From a virus, in IMG/VR virus record IMGVR_UViG_3300042868_012479, positions 1 to 64,000 of that record: a stretch of 64,000 bases of DNA. One strand, 5' to 3'. Both the position numbers and the translations under genes were made by a program. How positions within the stretch are numbered: position 1 is the first letter of the stretch; each line of letters starts with the position of its first letter. The notes under the pieces were generated by a model. The model was not told the DNA's origin. It made no database searches and saw only the letters and a program-made list of their open reading frames with translations. Below, in pieces: positions 8,693 through 16,532 of the stretch.

Positions 8693-8905
8693 ATGAAAGT
8701 TCGAGAACTCAGGAAGCAGGCCCGTAAAGCCGTAAAGCTTCGGGGTCACCAAATTGGTAAGTTCAGCCACCTTATGGGCACTGGATGGGATGCCCACAGC
8801 CTAGCGGTGTGTGAGGCTTGCGGCAGGGATGTTGCCGTATACCCAAGCCCAGCACCCAACGGCATCGATATGGCCGGAGAAGCCCTAGCGGTATTCTGCG
8901 CATGA
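8693..8905 (+). CDS. Small Zn-binding protein
   Basis: TAGTAGGAGG RBS; H...CxxC...C. Confidence 0.75.
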   Translation: MKVRELRKQARKAVKLRGHQIGKFSHLMGTGWDAHSLAVCEACGRDVAVYPSPAPNGIDMAGEALAVFCA

Positions 8906-9078
8906 ACCCGTTTGTTTTGCGCAAGGATGAAGAGCCAACAACAGATTTAGCTTGCAAGGATTGCAGCGGCAAGGCCCGTGCTCTTTGGTGTGATAACGAC
9001 GGCAATATCCCGTTGTGCGACCCATGTGTATATACACGCCAGACAGCATACCGTGTGAAGCACGGAGACAAGGCTTAA
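8902..9078 (+). CDS. Small Zn-finger protein (MNPFVLRK...)
   Basis: ATGA coupling; two CxxC. Confidence 0.65.
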   Translation: MNPFVLRKDEEPTTDLACKDCSGKARALWCDNDGNIPLCDPCVYTRQTAYRVKHGDKA

Positions 9079-9236
9079 TGAAAGAAAAACAATGCAAAAA
9101 GTGCAAGGATTTCTGGCCGTCGGATACTGAGTTCTTCTCTCCGGTAAAGAGCCTTGTCTGCCGAGCTTGCCGCTCCGAACAGCGCAAGGAGTTCAAGAGG
9201 GTGGCAAAAGAAAAGAAGGCAGCCGATGCGGCCTAA
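9078..9236 (+). CDS. Small Zn-finger protein (MKEKQCKKC...)
   Basis: TAATG coupling; two CxxC. Confidence 0.65.
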   Translation: MKEKQCKKCKDFWPSDTEFFSPVKSLVCRACRSEQRKEFKRVAKEKKAADAA

Positions 9237-9453
9237 CCGACCAGAAGGAGCCCCAACCAGCGATGAGGTGCTCGCGGCGATTCGGAGCCATCTAAACGAC
9301 TGGAGCCAAGCTCCAACAATCACAGAGCTGACTACGCGATTAAACTGCGGCAGGAGCACCGTACAAAGGGCGATAGCTGCATTAGAGCAGGAGCGGTGGA
9401 TCATTCGAGACCGAAAGAAGACAAGGGGGCTAAAAATTGGACGGATTCGATAA
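9226..9453 (+). CDS. Stand-alone LexA-type winged-HTH DNA-binding domain
   Basis: APTITEL...STVQRAIAALEQERWIIRDRKKTRGLKI; no peptidase domain. Confidence 0.75.
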   Translation: MRPNRPEGAPTSDEVLAAIRSHLNDWSQAPTITELTTRLNCGRSTVQRAIAALEQERWIIRDRKKTRGLKIGRIR

Positions 9454-9709
9454 GGTCAACATTATCCAGTGCGACTTTCGGCCGTGGTGCTTGTACTGCA
9501 GTAAGCCTATGGATAATGAGCCGGAGGGGAAATGCTGCAGCCCAGAATGCGAAAAGGCGGCGGCGGATCTAGAGCGCCGCTCCCTAGACGAGATATTGGA
9601 CGACCGACTGGAGCGAAACGCTCGACTGAAGTTCCTAAATCCAATCAACCCCGACCCGCTCAGGGCGATGGCCGCAGCAATGAAGAAGCCGAAAAGCGCT
9701 AAGTCGTGA
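9437..9709 (+). CDS. Zn-finger protein
   Basis: CLYC...CCSPEC; start uncertain. Confidence 0.6.
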   Translation: MDGFDKVNIIQCDFRPWCLYCSKPMDNEPEGKCCSPECEKAAADLERRSLDEILDDRLERNARLKFLNPINPDPLRAMAAAMKKPKSAKS

Positions 9710-10263
9710 GGATTCGACTTCGCCCGGCGTACTCAGATGCCGACTTAGCCAAGCTTTATCAGGTGCCGCACCAGCACGCCCAGTGGGAGGATCACATCCT
9801 TAGGGTAAAGATGACCATTGCGCTGGCTTCGTATTTCCCCAACGTCAAGACCATTGCCGACCTGTCTGCTGGAGACGCGGCGATCATCAACGCTATACAC
9901 GCGGAAAAACGGTACATTGGGGACTTTGCCCCGGCCTATGAATTTGTAGGGCCGATTGAAAAAACCATTCACGAGATCCCTAATGTCGATCTCTTCATTT
10001 GCTCAGAGACCGTTGAGCATTTAGACAACCCAGACGAGGTCTTGGCAATGATTAGCAAGAAAGCAAAGCACCTGATTCTTTCTACCCCGGTTGGGGAGAT
10101 GAACGACCAGAACCGAGAGCATTACTGGGGCTGGGACCACGAGGGCGTGCGCGAGATGCTTTTGGCCTCTGGGTTTGCCCCCAAAGCGTTTGCCAACTTC
10201 AGGATAATGGGTATGGGCTACATGTATCAAGCCTGGGCGTGTGACTCAAAGCAAAGGATTTGA
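9706..10263 (+). CDS. Class I SAM-dependent methyltransferase-like protein
   Basis: IADLSAGDA (motif I); DLFICSETVEHLDNP; LILSTP. Confidence 0.75.
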   Translation: MRIRLRPAYSDADLAKLYQVPHQHAQWEDHILRVKMTIALASYFPNVKTIADLSAGDAAIINAIHAEKRYIGDFAPAYEFVGPIEKTIHEIPNVDLFICSETVEHLDNPDEVLAMISKKAKHLILSTPVGEMNDQNREHYWGWDHEGVREMLLASGFAPKAFANFRIMGMGYMYQAWACDSKQRI

Positions 10264-10330
10264 CAGGCTGATAGCCATACCCTAGGATGAACATAACGGG
10301 GTTTTCCCGTGTAGTAGTAGGAGGTAGAAG
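10260..10330 (+). promoter_or_regulatory. Early module: promoter, hairpin, RBS
   Basis: TTGACA-17-TAGGAT; hairpin ACGGGGTTTTCCCGT; GTAGTAGTAGGAGG. Confidence 0.85.
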
Positions 10331-10744
10331 ATGAGCTGCAAGTATTGCGACCCGGCAACAAGCACGGAAGTATCGGTCACGTTCGGCGATGACGCTGAGA
10401 TGGTGTACCCAGCTAGAATCCGCACGGACTACCGTTGGAACGGGTGGGCCGTTCCCGCCTTTGATTTCAAAACTGCAATGCGCGTTGCCGCAGACACCCA
10501 CCTTATGGGTGCCACTTTTGACGACAAAGGTGATGGCGTGGAGTTTGCTTCGTACAACGCCAAGCTTGACGCATTTGTTATGAGCGGCGGCGGACGTGAT
10601 GCCACAGATGATCTTGTGGAGATTTACGCCACCTCATGCTGTGGGCGTTATGATATTGGAGCAATGAACTGGACCTGGATGGAGCACATGCCAGAGCTTG
10701 GGAATGAGCCGGAATTTACCGCGACTCTCCCTGTACCAGTCTGA
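10331..10744 (+). CDS. Phage protein with RWNGWxxP motif
   Basis: RWNGWAVPAF...YDIGAMNWTW. Confidence 0.8.
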   Translation: MSCKYCDPATSTEVSVTFGDDAEMVYPARIRTDYRWNGWAVPAFDFKTAMRVAADTHLMGATFDDKGDGVEFASYNAKLDAFVMSGGGRDATDDLVEIYATSCCGRYDIGAMNWTWMEHMPELGNEPEFTATLPVPV

Positions 10745-10758
10745 TAGAAGGAGAAATC

Positions 10759-11313
10759 ATGGCAAAGAAGAAGAAGGTACCTGCGACCATCACCGTTCGC
10801 AGGTACGATGAAGAGATGGGTGACTCTTACGACGTAGAAGTCAAGAAGGAGCCAGTAAGCAACTGCGAACTGTGCTCTTGCGCTGGGTGCCTTGATAGCC
10901 GTTGCTGCGAGCACCTGGCCTATTGGGACAACGAGCATGGACAGCCTGCGCGGTACCAGCTTGACCGGCTTGTTCAAGAAATTAAGAATCGAGATGCTGT
11001 AATTGCAAAACTCAACAAGCACATTGAATACCTTGGGGCTGCCTGCGAGCTTGCTCTTGACAGCTTGGAGAAGTCTCACATTGGGCCGCACCCAGCAAAA
11101 GCATTCATTCACGTCATGAGGACTGCTCTTGAGCACGACGTAGCTCATGTGTGGCGACTGTTCACAAAGGATCAATACCTTTGTGAGGCTTGCCGGTGCG
11201 ATAAGTGCCTGGCCGCCCTCAATGTTGTGTATGGCAATGAGGCAAAAAAGCACGGCTACGCAAAGGTACCGGAGTGCTGCGGACATAAGCATGTCTCTGC
11301 ACTGCCGTTCTAG
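10759..11313 (+). CDS. Cys-rich hypothetical protein
   Basis: AAGGAG RBS; two CxxCxCxxC...CCxH clusters. Confidence 0.75.
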   Translation: MAKKKKVPATITVRRYDEEMGDSYDVEVKKEPVSNCELCSCAGCLDSRCCEHLAYWDNEHGQPARYQLDRLVQEIKNRDAVIAKLNKHIEYLGAACELALDSLEKSHIGPHPAKAFIHVMRTALEHDVAHVWRLFTKDQYLCEACRCDKCLAALNVVYGNEAKKHGYAKVPECCGHKHVSALPF

Positions 11314-11330
11314 TGGGGAGGGGAGGCAAC

Positions 11331-11657
11331 GTGGGTCTATGGATTAAGTGGGACGCTAACGCCCACAAGGACGATAAGATCGCAACGCTCACGGACACGG
11401 AGTTCAGGGCGTTCATCACGGCGATCAGTGAGGCAAAGCAGATCCGCAGTGGCGGCCTCTTCAAGAGCCGGGAGCACCTTAAGGCGTGCATTGGCAGTCG
11501 CTATAGCAAGGCAATCGCTGGGCTTGTAGCAAAGGGGTTGCTGGGGGTAGATCAGATGGGTGGCGTCGCTATATTGGAATGGCATCGGTATCAGGTTGAC
11601 CCGACATCAAACAAGCGCCAGGCGGCGTACATTGCCCGGCAGCGCGTAAAGGTATAA
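11331..11657 (+). CDS. Protein resembling the N-terminal domain of phage replication organisers
   Basis: WIKWDANAHKDDKIATL...W.RYQ...SNKRQAAY pattern; GGAGG-GTG start; no C-terminal part. Confidence 0.55.
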   Translation: MGLWIKWDANAHKDDKIATLTDTEFRAFITAISEAKQIRSGGLFKSREHLKACIGSRYSKAIAGLVAKGLLGVDQMGGVAILEWHRYQVDPTSNKRQAAYIARQRVKV

Positions 11658-11833
11658 TGGTAGAAGTAGTTTTTAACCCTTGCTACCAGCATGACCCGAA
11701 GGTGTTTAGTAGTGAGTCATTTGCCTGGCACTGCAACGATTGTTTTAACAATGCGGTGCAAGAGCATAAGTGTGAAGACTTTTATCTTCCGGACACCAAA
11801 GATTGCGAGCTTTGCTGGCTTGCGGAAAGGTAG
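11657..11833 (+). CDS. 58-aa Cys/His-rich protein
   Basis: Read by hand; TAATG coupling; MVEVVFNPCYQH...CELCWLAER. Confidence 0.6.
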   Translation: MVEVVFNPCYQHDPKVFSSESFAWHCNDCFNNAVQEHKCEDFYLPDTKDCELCWLAER

Positions 11834-11837
11834 GAAT

Positions 11838-12161
11838 ATGATGTGCGAAAAGTACAACGGCTGGACCAACTGGGAGACCTGGAATATGGCCCTTTGGATT
11901 GGCGAGAGCGACGACGAGAGTATCTTGAACCAAGCACACACAGAGGTTGACGACTTTACCGATGAGGGTGTCGTCAGCGTCCGCGAGGCTACCGGATCGC
12001 TTGCCGAGTGGCTTCAGGCATATTGCGAAGAGGTATACCTCGGCCACTTGAGCCAGGAAGACCTGAGTGGGCCAATCAAAGATGCAATCTACTCCAGCTA
12101 CTGGCCAAAGATTGAGTGGTACGAGATTGCTCAGCACTATATCGAGGAGGCAAACGCGTGA
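11838..12161 (+). CDS. Conserved phage protein (YNGWTNxETW family)
   Basis: KYNGWTNWETWNMALWI...IEWYEIAQH. Confidence 0.85.
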   Translation: MMCEKYNGWTNWETWNMALWIGESDDESILNQAHTEVDDFTDEGVVSVREATGSLAEWLQAYCEEVYLGHLSQEDLSGPIKDAIYSSYWPKIEWYEIAQHYIEEANA

Positions 12162-12322
12162 AGTACAATATTGCGCAGGACCTTGTTATTGTGGGGGGCG
12201 GAGCATTCCTCCTGTGGGCCGGCGTTGCTGCAAAAGAACCAATCAATATTATTCTGGCCGGAGTGTTCTTTCTGTTTGGTCTTGCAGTACTTAGCGTCGA
12301 CCTGCGGAGCTGCAAGAAATGA
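12158..12322 (+). CDS. Small 2-TM membrane protein
   Basis: GGAGG-GTG; two hydrophobic stretches. Confidence 0.65.
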   Translation: MKYNIAQDLVIVGGGAFLLWAGVAAKEPINIILAGVFFLFGLAVLSVDLRSCKK

Positions 12323-12609
12323 TTGGGGAGGATATGGACTGGTCGCTTGAGCAGGCATGGAGCCGGTATCGCCTTGGGCTTCTGAGTCCAGGCGGCGCGA
12401 TTTGGTTTTCTTCTCACGCTGCATGCGAGTGCGGTAACTCAGATGGGTTCAATTGCTTCAACAGCGATCACCACGAATGGCGACGGGTGATGAGCTTGGC
12501 GTTTGCCGAAGAGCCTCATCGAGTTGAGCCCCAGGCCTTTGCACCCTGTGACGTATGCGGCTGTGTTGGCTGCTCGGAGGGGAATTGCTGTGAGCACGAA
12601 GGAGTTTGA
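12319..12609 (+). CDS. Cys-rich protein
   Basis: CxxCxCxxC...CCEH motif shared with 10759 ORF. Confidence 0.65.
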   Translation: MIGEDMDWSLEQAWSRYRLGLLSPGGAIWFSSHAACECGNSDGFNCFNSDHHEWRRVMSLAFAEEPHRVEPQAFAPCDVCGCVGCSEGNCCEHEGV

Positions 12610-12619
12610 GGTGATAGGA

Positions 12620-12955
12620 ATGATCGAACGGATGCGCGGTATCCCGCCAGAAATTTTTCGCACCGTTGAGTACGAAGGTCAGCAAATCCGACTGCACCAG
12701 TACGTGGACAAGTGTGAGGGCTGGGACAATAACACTCTTGAGCCGCATTGCCGGCTTAGCGTTGAGCTAGACGAACAAGCCCCTCACGGGTGGTTTTGGC
12801 TAAAGGATTGGACCGAGAACGAGGCGTTTGTGGGCTTTCTTATTGAGCAAGGTGCTCTAGAACGCCACCCAACAGAATTGCGGTTTATCGGCCATCTCCT
12901 GGGCGTTAAGGTTACTGCCGCCCGGCTGAAGGCAAAGGTTTTCCATGAAGATTAG
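12620..12955 (+). CDS. Hypothetical protein
   Basis: LSVEL...FWLKDWTENE; start placed by RBS. Confidence 0.7.
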   Translation: MIERMRGIPPEIFRTVEYEGQQIRLHQYVDKCEGWDNNTLEPHCRLSVELDEQAPHGWFWLKDWTENEAFVGFLIEQGALERHPTELRFIGHLLGVKVTAARLKAKVFHED

Positions 12956-13151
12956 GCCAGAGTTTAAGGAGCTCCTTGGCACAGCCAAAGACCAGGGGTG
13001 GCAGGTTTTTGTTCGGACCAACAACCACCTTGCGTGGGTGTCGCCGACCGGCGCTAAGGTTTTTTCTTCGAGAACCCCTTCAGACCATCGGGCTATTAAG
13101 AACCTTATGAAGGACTTGAAGCATAACGGTATGAGTTTTGGGAGGAAGTGA
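12945..13151 (+). CDS. HicA-like small protein
   Basis: GWQV..TNNHL.W.SP.G...SRTPSDHRAIKN; no adjacent HicB seen. Confidence 0.65.
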   Translation: MKIRPEFKELLGTAKDQGWQVFVRTNNHLAWVSPTGAKVFSSRTPSDHRAIKNLMKDLKHNGMSFGRK

Positions 13152-13152
13152 G

Positions 13153-13362
13153 ATGTCACATGAAGGTCACCTTGAGGGGCACATCCACGTCGACTGCGAC
13201 GACAGCGCCGGAGCAACCCGGTACTCGGCCTGCTGGTGCTGCAACGCATTCCTTGACGCGGTCAAAGTTAATGTTTACGAGCTACAAGAATCTGCTCGGG
13301 CCCAGGGGCTTTGCCCCGGATGCGGAGGTGACTGGTGTGCTGGGGGATGTGATGATGAATAG
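13153..13362 (+). CDS. Cys-rich small protein
   Basis: GGAGG RBS; multiple Cys clusters. Confidence 0.6.
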   Translation: MSHEGHLEGHIHVDCDDSAGATRYSACWCCNAFLDAVKVNVYELQESARAQGLCPGCGGDWCAGGCDDE

Positions 13363-13441
13363 TAAGGCAACCGATTTGCTTTTAACCATCCTGATTGGTG
13401 GTATCATCTGGTTGCTGGCCTCTGCGGCCGGCTTTAGGTAG
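13352..13441 (+). CDS. 29-aa membrane peptide
   Basis: Hydrophobic helix; overlaps previous stop. Confidence 0.45.
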   Translation: MMNSKATDLLLTILIGGIIWLLASAAGFR

Positions 13442-13453
13442 CAAGGAGAAATC

Positions 13454-13582
13454 ATGGGTACAATCTATTTGAGCATTGCGATTTTGGCCATCGTTGTTAC
13501 GGGAATCTCTGAGTATCGTCGCTTTCTAAAATCGCAGGGCCTTAAGTCCCGGGTTGTTTTTTCTAAAAAGGGCAAGAAGTGA
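13454..13582 (+). CDS. 42-aa membrane peptide with basic tail
   Basis: AAGGAG RBS; MGTIYLSIAILAIVVTG...KKGKK. Confidence 0.65.
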   Translation: MGTIYLSIAILAIVVTGISEYRRFLKSQGLKSRVVFSKKGKK

Positions 13583-13875
13583 GCCACATCTTTACAAAGG
13601 AAGACGTACAGGCTGCAATCAACGCCTTGAACCGGCGCAATGGGTTTCCCCCTGGGACCAAGCTCTGGGAAACAGTTGATGGGAAACAGGTCTCGAAGGT
13701 CGGATTTTACCACTCCTGGTACGACGGCGGCATGAAGCTGGTCTGCACAACCAACGACCGTGGTGGGCATCGATCTGTTCTAAAGCTTCAGGCTAAAAGC
13801 AAACGAGAATTTTATAATCTTATCTGGGCGTACATAGCCGGTCTTGACGATGCCACGCCGCGTCACCTACGGTAG
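13579..13875 (+). CDS. Hypothetical protein
   Basis: GTGA coupling; ORF track. Confidence 0.7.
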   Translation: MSHIFTKEDVQAAINALNRRNGFPPGTKLWETVDGKQVSKVGFYHSWYDGGMKLVCTTNDRGGHRSVLKLQAKSKREFYNLIWAYIAGLDDATPRHLR

Positions 13876-14038
13876 GCCGGCGAGCCCGCTAGGAATCTGC
13901 ACACATTGCGGCCTGGTCTCACGCGTGTGGGAGTATGGCGCTGATTCTCCAGGAAAGCAAAAATGCATTTGCGCCATGTGTATTGAGGTCGTTGTCGATA
14001 ACCCTGAGCGCGACTGGCCGATCCCGGAAGAAGACTAG
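13850..14038 (+). CDS. Small Zn-finger protein
   Basis: Two CxxC. Confidence 0.55.
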   Translation: MPRRVTYGRPASPLGICTHCGLVSRVWEYGADSPGKQKCICAMCIEVVVDNPERDWPIPEED

Positions 14039-14466
14039 CCGACAATTCCTCGTTCTCGTGCAATTTTGCGCACCGATGGATAAAACTTAGAGGCGTGTCG
14101 CATAGCGTCCTGAACGTACTGCTCGTCCATGTAGTGGTCAGCAAACTTAAAGTATGCCTTTGCCCACTTTGGCGTATGGTTTTCATTCGACTTCACATGC
14201 GCTAGCTCATGGACAACGGTGTCCACATCATTTGCGCACAGCGTAATCTCTCCCTCCTCGGAGACCGTCTCCCCCATGGGGTGCTTCTCCCCAAATCGCT
14301 GGCGCGCAGGAACATGGTAATGCAGCCGCACAACGGTCACTTTGACATCAAAGGTCTTCATTGAGTCTGCCAGGACCTCAACAGCATCCCGCCAACCAGA
14401 CATTGCCCGCTTGGGCATTTCAATAGGGATAACAAGCTCAAACGGAAGATTCTTGTACCAGGTCAT
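14035..14466 (-). CDS. Zincin metallopeptidase-like protein (WLM/SprT-like)
   Basis: TVVHELAHV...NHTPKW. Confidence 0.75.
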   Translation of the reverse strand: MTWYKNLPFELVIPIEMPKRAMSGWRDAVEVLADSMKTFDVKVTVVRLHYHVPARQRFGEKHPMGETVSEEGEITLCANDVDTVVHELAHVKSNENHTPKWAKAYFKFADHYMDEQYVQDAMRHASKFYPSVRKIARERGIVG

Positions 14467-14931
14467 CTATCGGCCTTTCTTGCGCTTTGAGCCACACGTT
14501 GGGCAGACATCCCCATCAGGAGACTCATCTGCGTTCAGCTTAGAGAGAAGTTTCTGTATGTCATCCTGGTCAAACGCTGTGTCAAGCAGGTAGCTGCCGG
14601 CGTCTGCTTCCTGGAGCAAGGCTAGCAGCGCGTGATCGTTCCAGCTGGCAAGCTCCGCCGTTTTATTATCCGCAAGCAGAATTGCCTTGGCCCGTTCATC
14701 GTCACAGTCAACCCAGAATACTGGCACCTCTTTTATCCCGCAGATTTTTGCGGCCTGCAAGCGGTGGTTGCCCGCCAGGACGTAGCCTGTCGACTTTTGC
14801 ACGACAAGGGAGCCGAACCAGCCATTCTGCCGAATGCTAGTGACAATGGCCCCTATGTCGCCTTCTCGTGGGTTATCCGGGTGCAGCGCAAGGCTATCAA
14901 CCGGCTCTATGCTAACTGGGAGATTGACCAT
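14467..14931 (-). CDS. ParB/Srx N-terminal domain protein
   Basis: HPDNPREGD, SIRQNGW, VLAGNHRLQAA, LADNKTAELASW. Confidence 0.85.
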   Translation of the reverse strand: MVNLPVSIEPVDSLALHPDNPREGDIGAIVTSIRQNGWFGSLVVQKSTGYVLAGNHRLQAAKICGIKEVPVFWVDCDDERAKAILLADNKTAELASWNDHALLALLQEADAGSYLLDTAFDQDDIQKLLSKLNADESPDGDVCPTCGSKRKKGR

Positions 14932-14952
14932 GGGCCCTCCGTATGATACGCT
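14924..14952 (+). promoter_or_regulatory. Sigma70-type promoter
   Basis: TTGACC-17-TACGCT upstream of a hairpin-rich leader. Confidence 0.6.
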
Positions 14953-15070
14953 CTTGGTAGGTGATGCTTACTTATAAGCATACCTGAGCTAGGAAAAATA
15001 GCCAACTGGCAAACCGGCTACGCTGTAGACAAATCATGAAGATGTAGTAAAATCGCATGAGGAGGCCCAG

Positions 15071-15769
15071 ATGAAGCCACAGGCACACAGAGCTCATCGA
15101 CGATTTTTGACAGTGCTCGTTGTGTTGGCCGTGGCTACGGGAATCCTTTCCTCAGTGGGTTCCTGGAATCAGCCAGAACCCGCCCAGGAGCCACCGGTAG
15201 AGGTCTTTTACGACCAACCCCCTGTCCCTACCAGTAGGCCGCAGAGCTGGGACGCTAAGTGGGACAACGCCATTCGAGTCAACGGCTTCGGAACGCGCTA
15301 TGACGCCTACCAGCATGCCGGCTCTTGGTACGACGCCCCCAAGACGTGGGTGTATGCAAACAGGAAAGAGTGCGCTAAGCGCCCAGAGTGGAGGTGCTAC
15401 CTTCGAGAGATGGGCGGGTGGAAGGCAAGCGTGCGCCCTTGGGGGACCACCCTAAAGAACATGTACGCCGCCCTTGGGCCGCTATTGCGCAAGCGCCTTA
15501 ATCTCCCAGCCTGGCACACAGTGCCCACCCAAAAGCTACTTATCATCTCGGCACACACAGGGAAATCTGTTGAGGTGTGGATTGCCGACTACTGCGCCTG
15601 CCACGGCGCAGACAGGAAGCAGGGAACGCGAGATGATAGCCTGATCGATCTGAGCCCAGAGGTGTGGGCAGCATTGGGGGCGTTCAAGGGCGGGAAGATT
15701 CCTGGGTGGCCGTACGCCAACACAACCCCAGGATTCAAGAACACCATTGAGGTTCGCTTTATCCCCTAA
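15071..15769 (+). CDS. Membrane-anchored RlpA/expansin-like double-psi beta-barrel protein
   Basis: N-terminal TM; GKSVEVWIADYCAC...LIDLSPEVWAALG. Confidence 0.7.
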   Translation: MKPQAHRAHRRFLTVLVVLAVATGILSSVGSWNQPEPAQEPPVEVFYDQPPVPTSRPQSWDAKWDNAIRVNGFGTRYDAYQHAGSWYDAPKTWVYANRKECAKRPEWRCYLREMGGWKASVRPWGTTLKNMYAALGPLLRKRLNLPAWHTVPTQKLLIISAHTGKSVEVWIADYCACHGADRKQGTRDDSLIDLSPEVWAALGAFKGGKIPGWPYANTTPGFKNTIEVRFIP

Positions 15770-15798
15770 TTGACGCCTGCCAAGGATGAGCGTACTAT
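15770..15798 (+). promoter_or_regulatory. Sigma70-type promoter
   Basis: TTGACG-17-TACTAT; AAGGAGG RBS downstream. Confidence 0.75.
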
Positions 15799-15836
15799 TG
15801 TTTGGTAGAAGAAATCTCTTAGTAAGGAGGCTTAGT

Positions 15837-16208
15837 ATGGACACCCAGATGGGCTCGGAGCTCGTATTTATTCTTTCCCAGATTAGCGTGGGCCGCAAGA
15901 ACGCCATTACCTATAAAGACCTTTCCCAGCGCACCCGGTGGAACAGCCGGGCAATCCAGCTGGCGGTTGAAGAGTTGCGGAATGTTTGGGAGCAGCCAGT
16001 TTGCTCGGCCTCCGACGCCCCTGCCGGAATCTATCTTGCCACCAGCTCTGAGGAGCTTGAGGCCTGGTCGAACATGCAACGTGAGCGCGCCAGGAGCCTC
16101 CTGCGCTCTTCTTGGGCTATCCGAAAAATTGCCAAGAAGTGGAAAGTCCAAGAGGATCAGGCTCGCCGCGACAACGCAATGCCTGGAGAGGTGACGCTCG
16201 GGCTGTAG
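15837..16208 (+). CDS. Winged-HTH phage protein
   Basis: GRKNAIT..DL...VEELR...PVCS...GIYLA. Confidence 0.75.
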   Translation: MDTQMGSELVFILSQISVGRKNAITYKDLSQRTRWNSRAIQLAVEELRNVWEQPVCSASDAPAGIYLATSSEELEAWSNMQRERARSLLRSSWAIRKIAKKWKVQEDQARRDNAMPGEVTLGL

Positions 16209-16219
16209 CGTGTTATAGT
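16191..16219 (+). promoter_or_regulatory. Promoter for the tRNA-like RNA
   Basis: GTGACG-17-TATAGT with extended TG, 5 nt before GGGGCCG. Confidence 0.7.
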
Positions 16220-16224
16220 CCCCT

Positions 16225-16296
16225 GGGGCCGAGTAAACGCCAAAGGTCATCATGCCCGAGGGTAACGGCGGGTGTAACTCCCGCCCGGCTCCACCA
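16225..16296 (+). ncRNA. 72-nt Ala-identity tRNA-like / tmRNA tRNA-like-domain RNA
   Basis: GGGGCCG/CGGCTCC stem with G3.U70, ACCA end, T-arm GCGGG-TGTAACT-CCCGC; no canonical D or anticodon arm. Confidence 0.7.
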
Positions 16297-16307
16297 AAGG
16301 AGAAGGA

Positions 16308-16532
16308 ATGCCAACTTACGACTACAAGTGCGCAAAGTGCGATATCGTCCGAGAGACCGTCCGCAAGATGAGCGACGACTCTAAGGAGCTATGCCTTGTC
16401 TGCAGTGGTGAGATGCGCGTCGTTTTCAACGCCCCAAAAATTACCTACAAAGGTTCCGGTTGGGCTTGGCAAGAAAAAATACCGCAGGAGACTCACGTGA
16501 TTATGGGCGCTGATCCTTCAAAGAAAGACTAA
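16308..16532 (+). CDS. FmdB-family zinc-ribbon protein
   Basis: MPTYDYKCAKC...CLVCSGEMR...YKGSGW. Confidence 0.85.
   Translation: MPTYDYKCAKCDIVRETVRKMSDDSKELCLVCSGEMRVVFNAPKITYKGSGWAWQEKIPQETHVIMGADPSKKD

Noticed and set aside
15000-15040. GGCAAACC resembling a c-di-GMP-I riboswitch
   Set aside because: The GNRA-capped stem and second hairpin of that aptamer are missing
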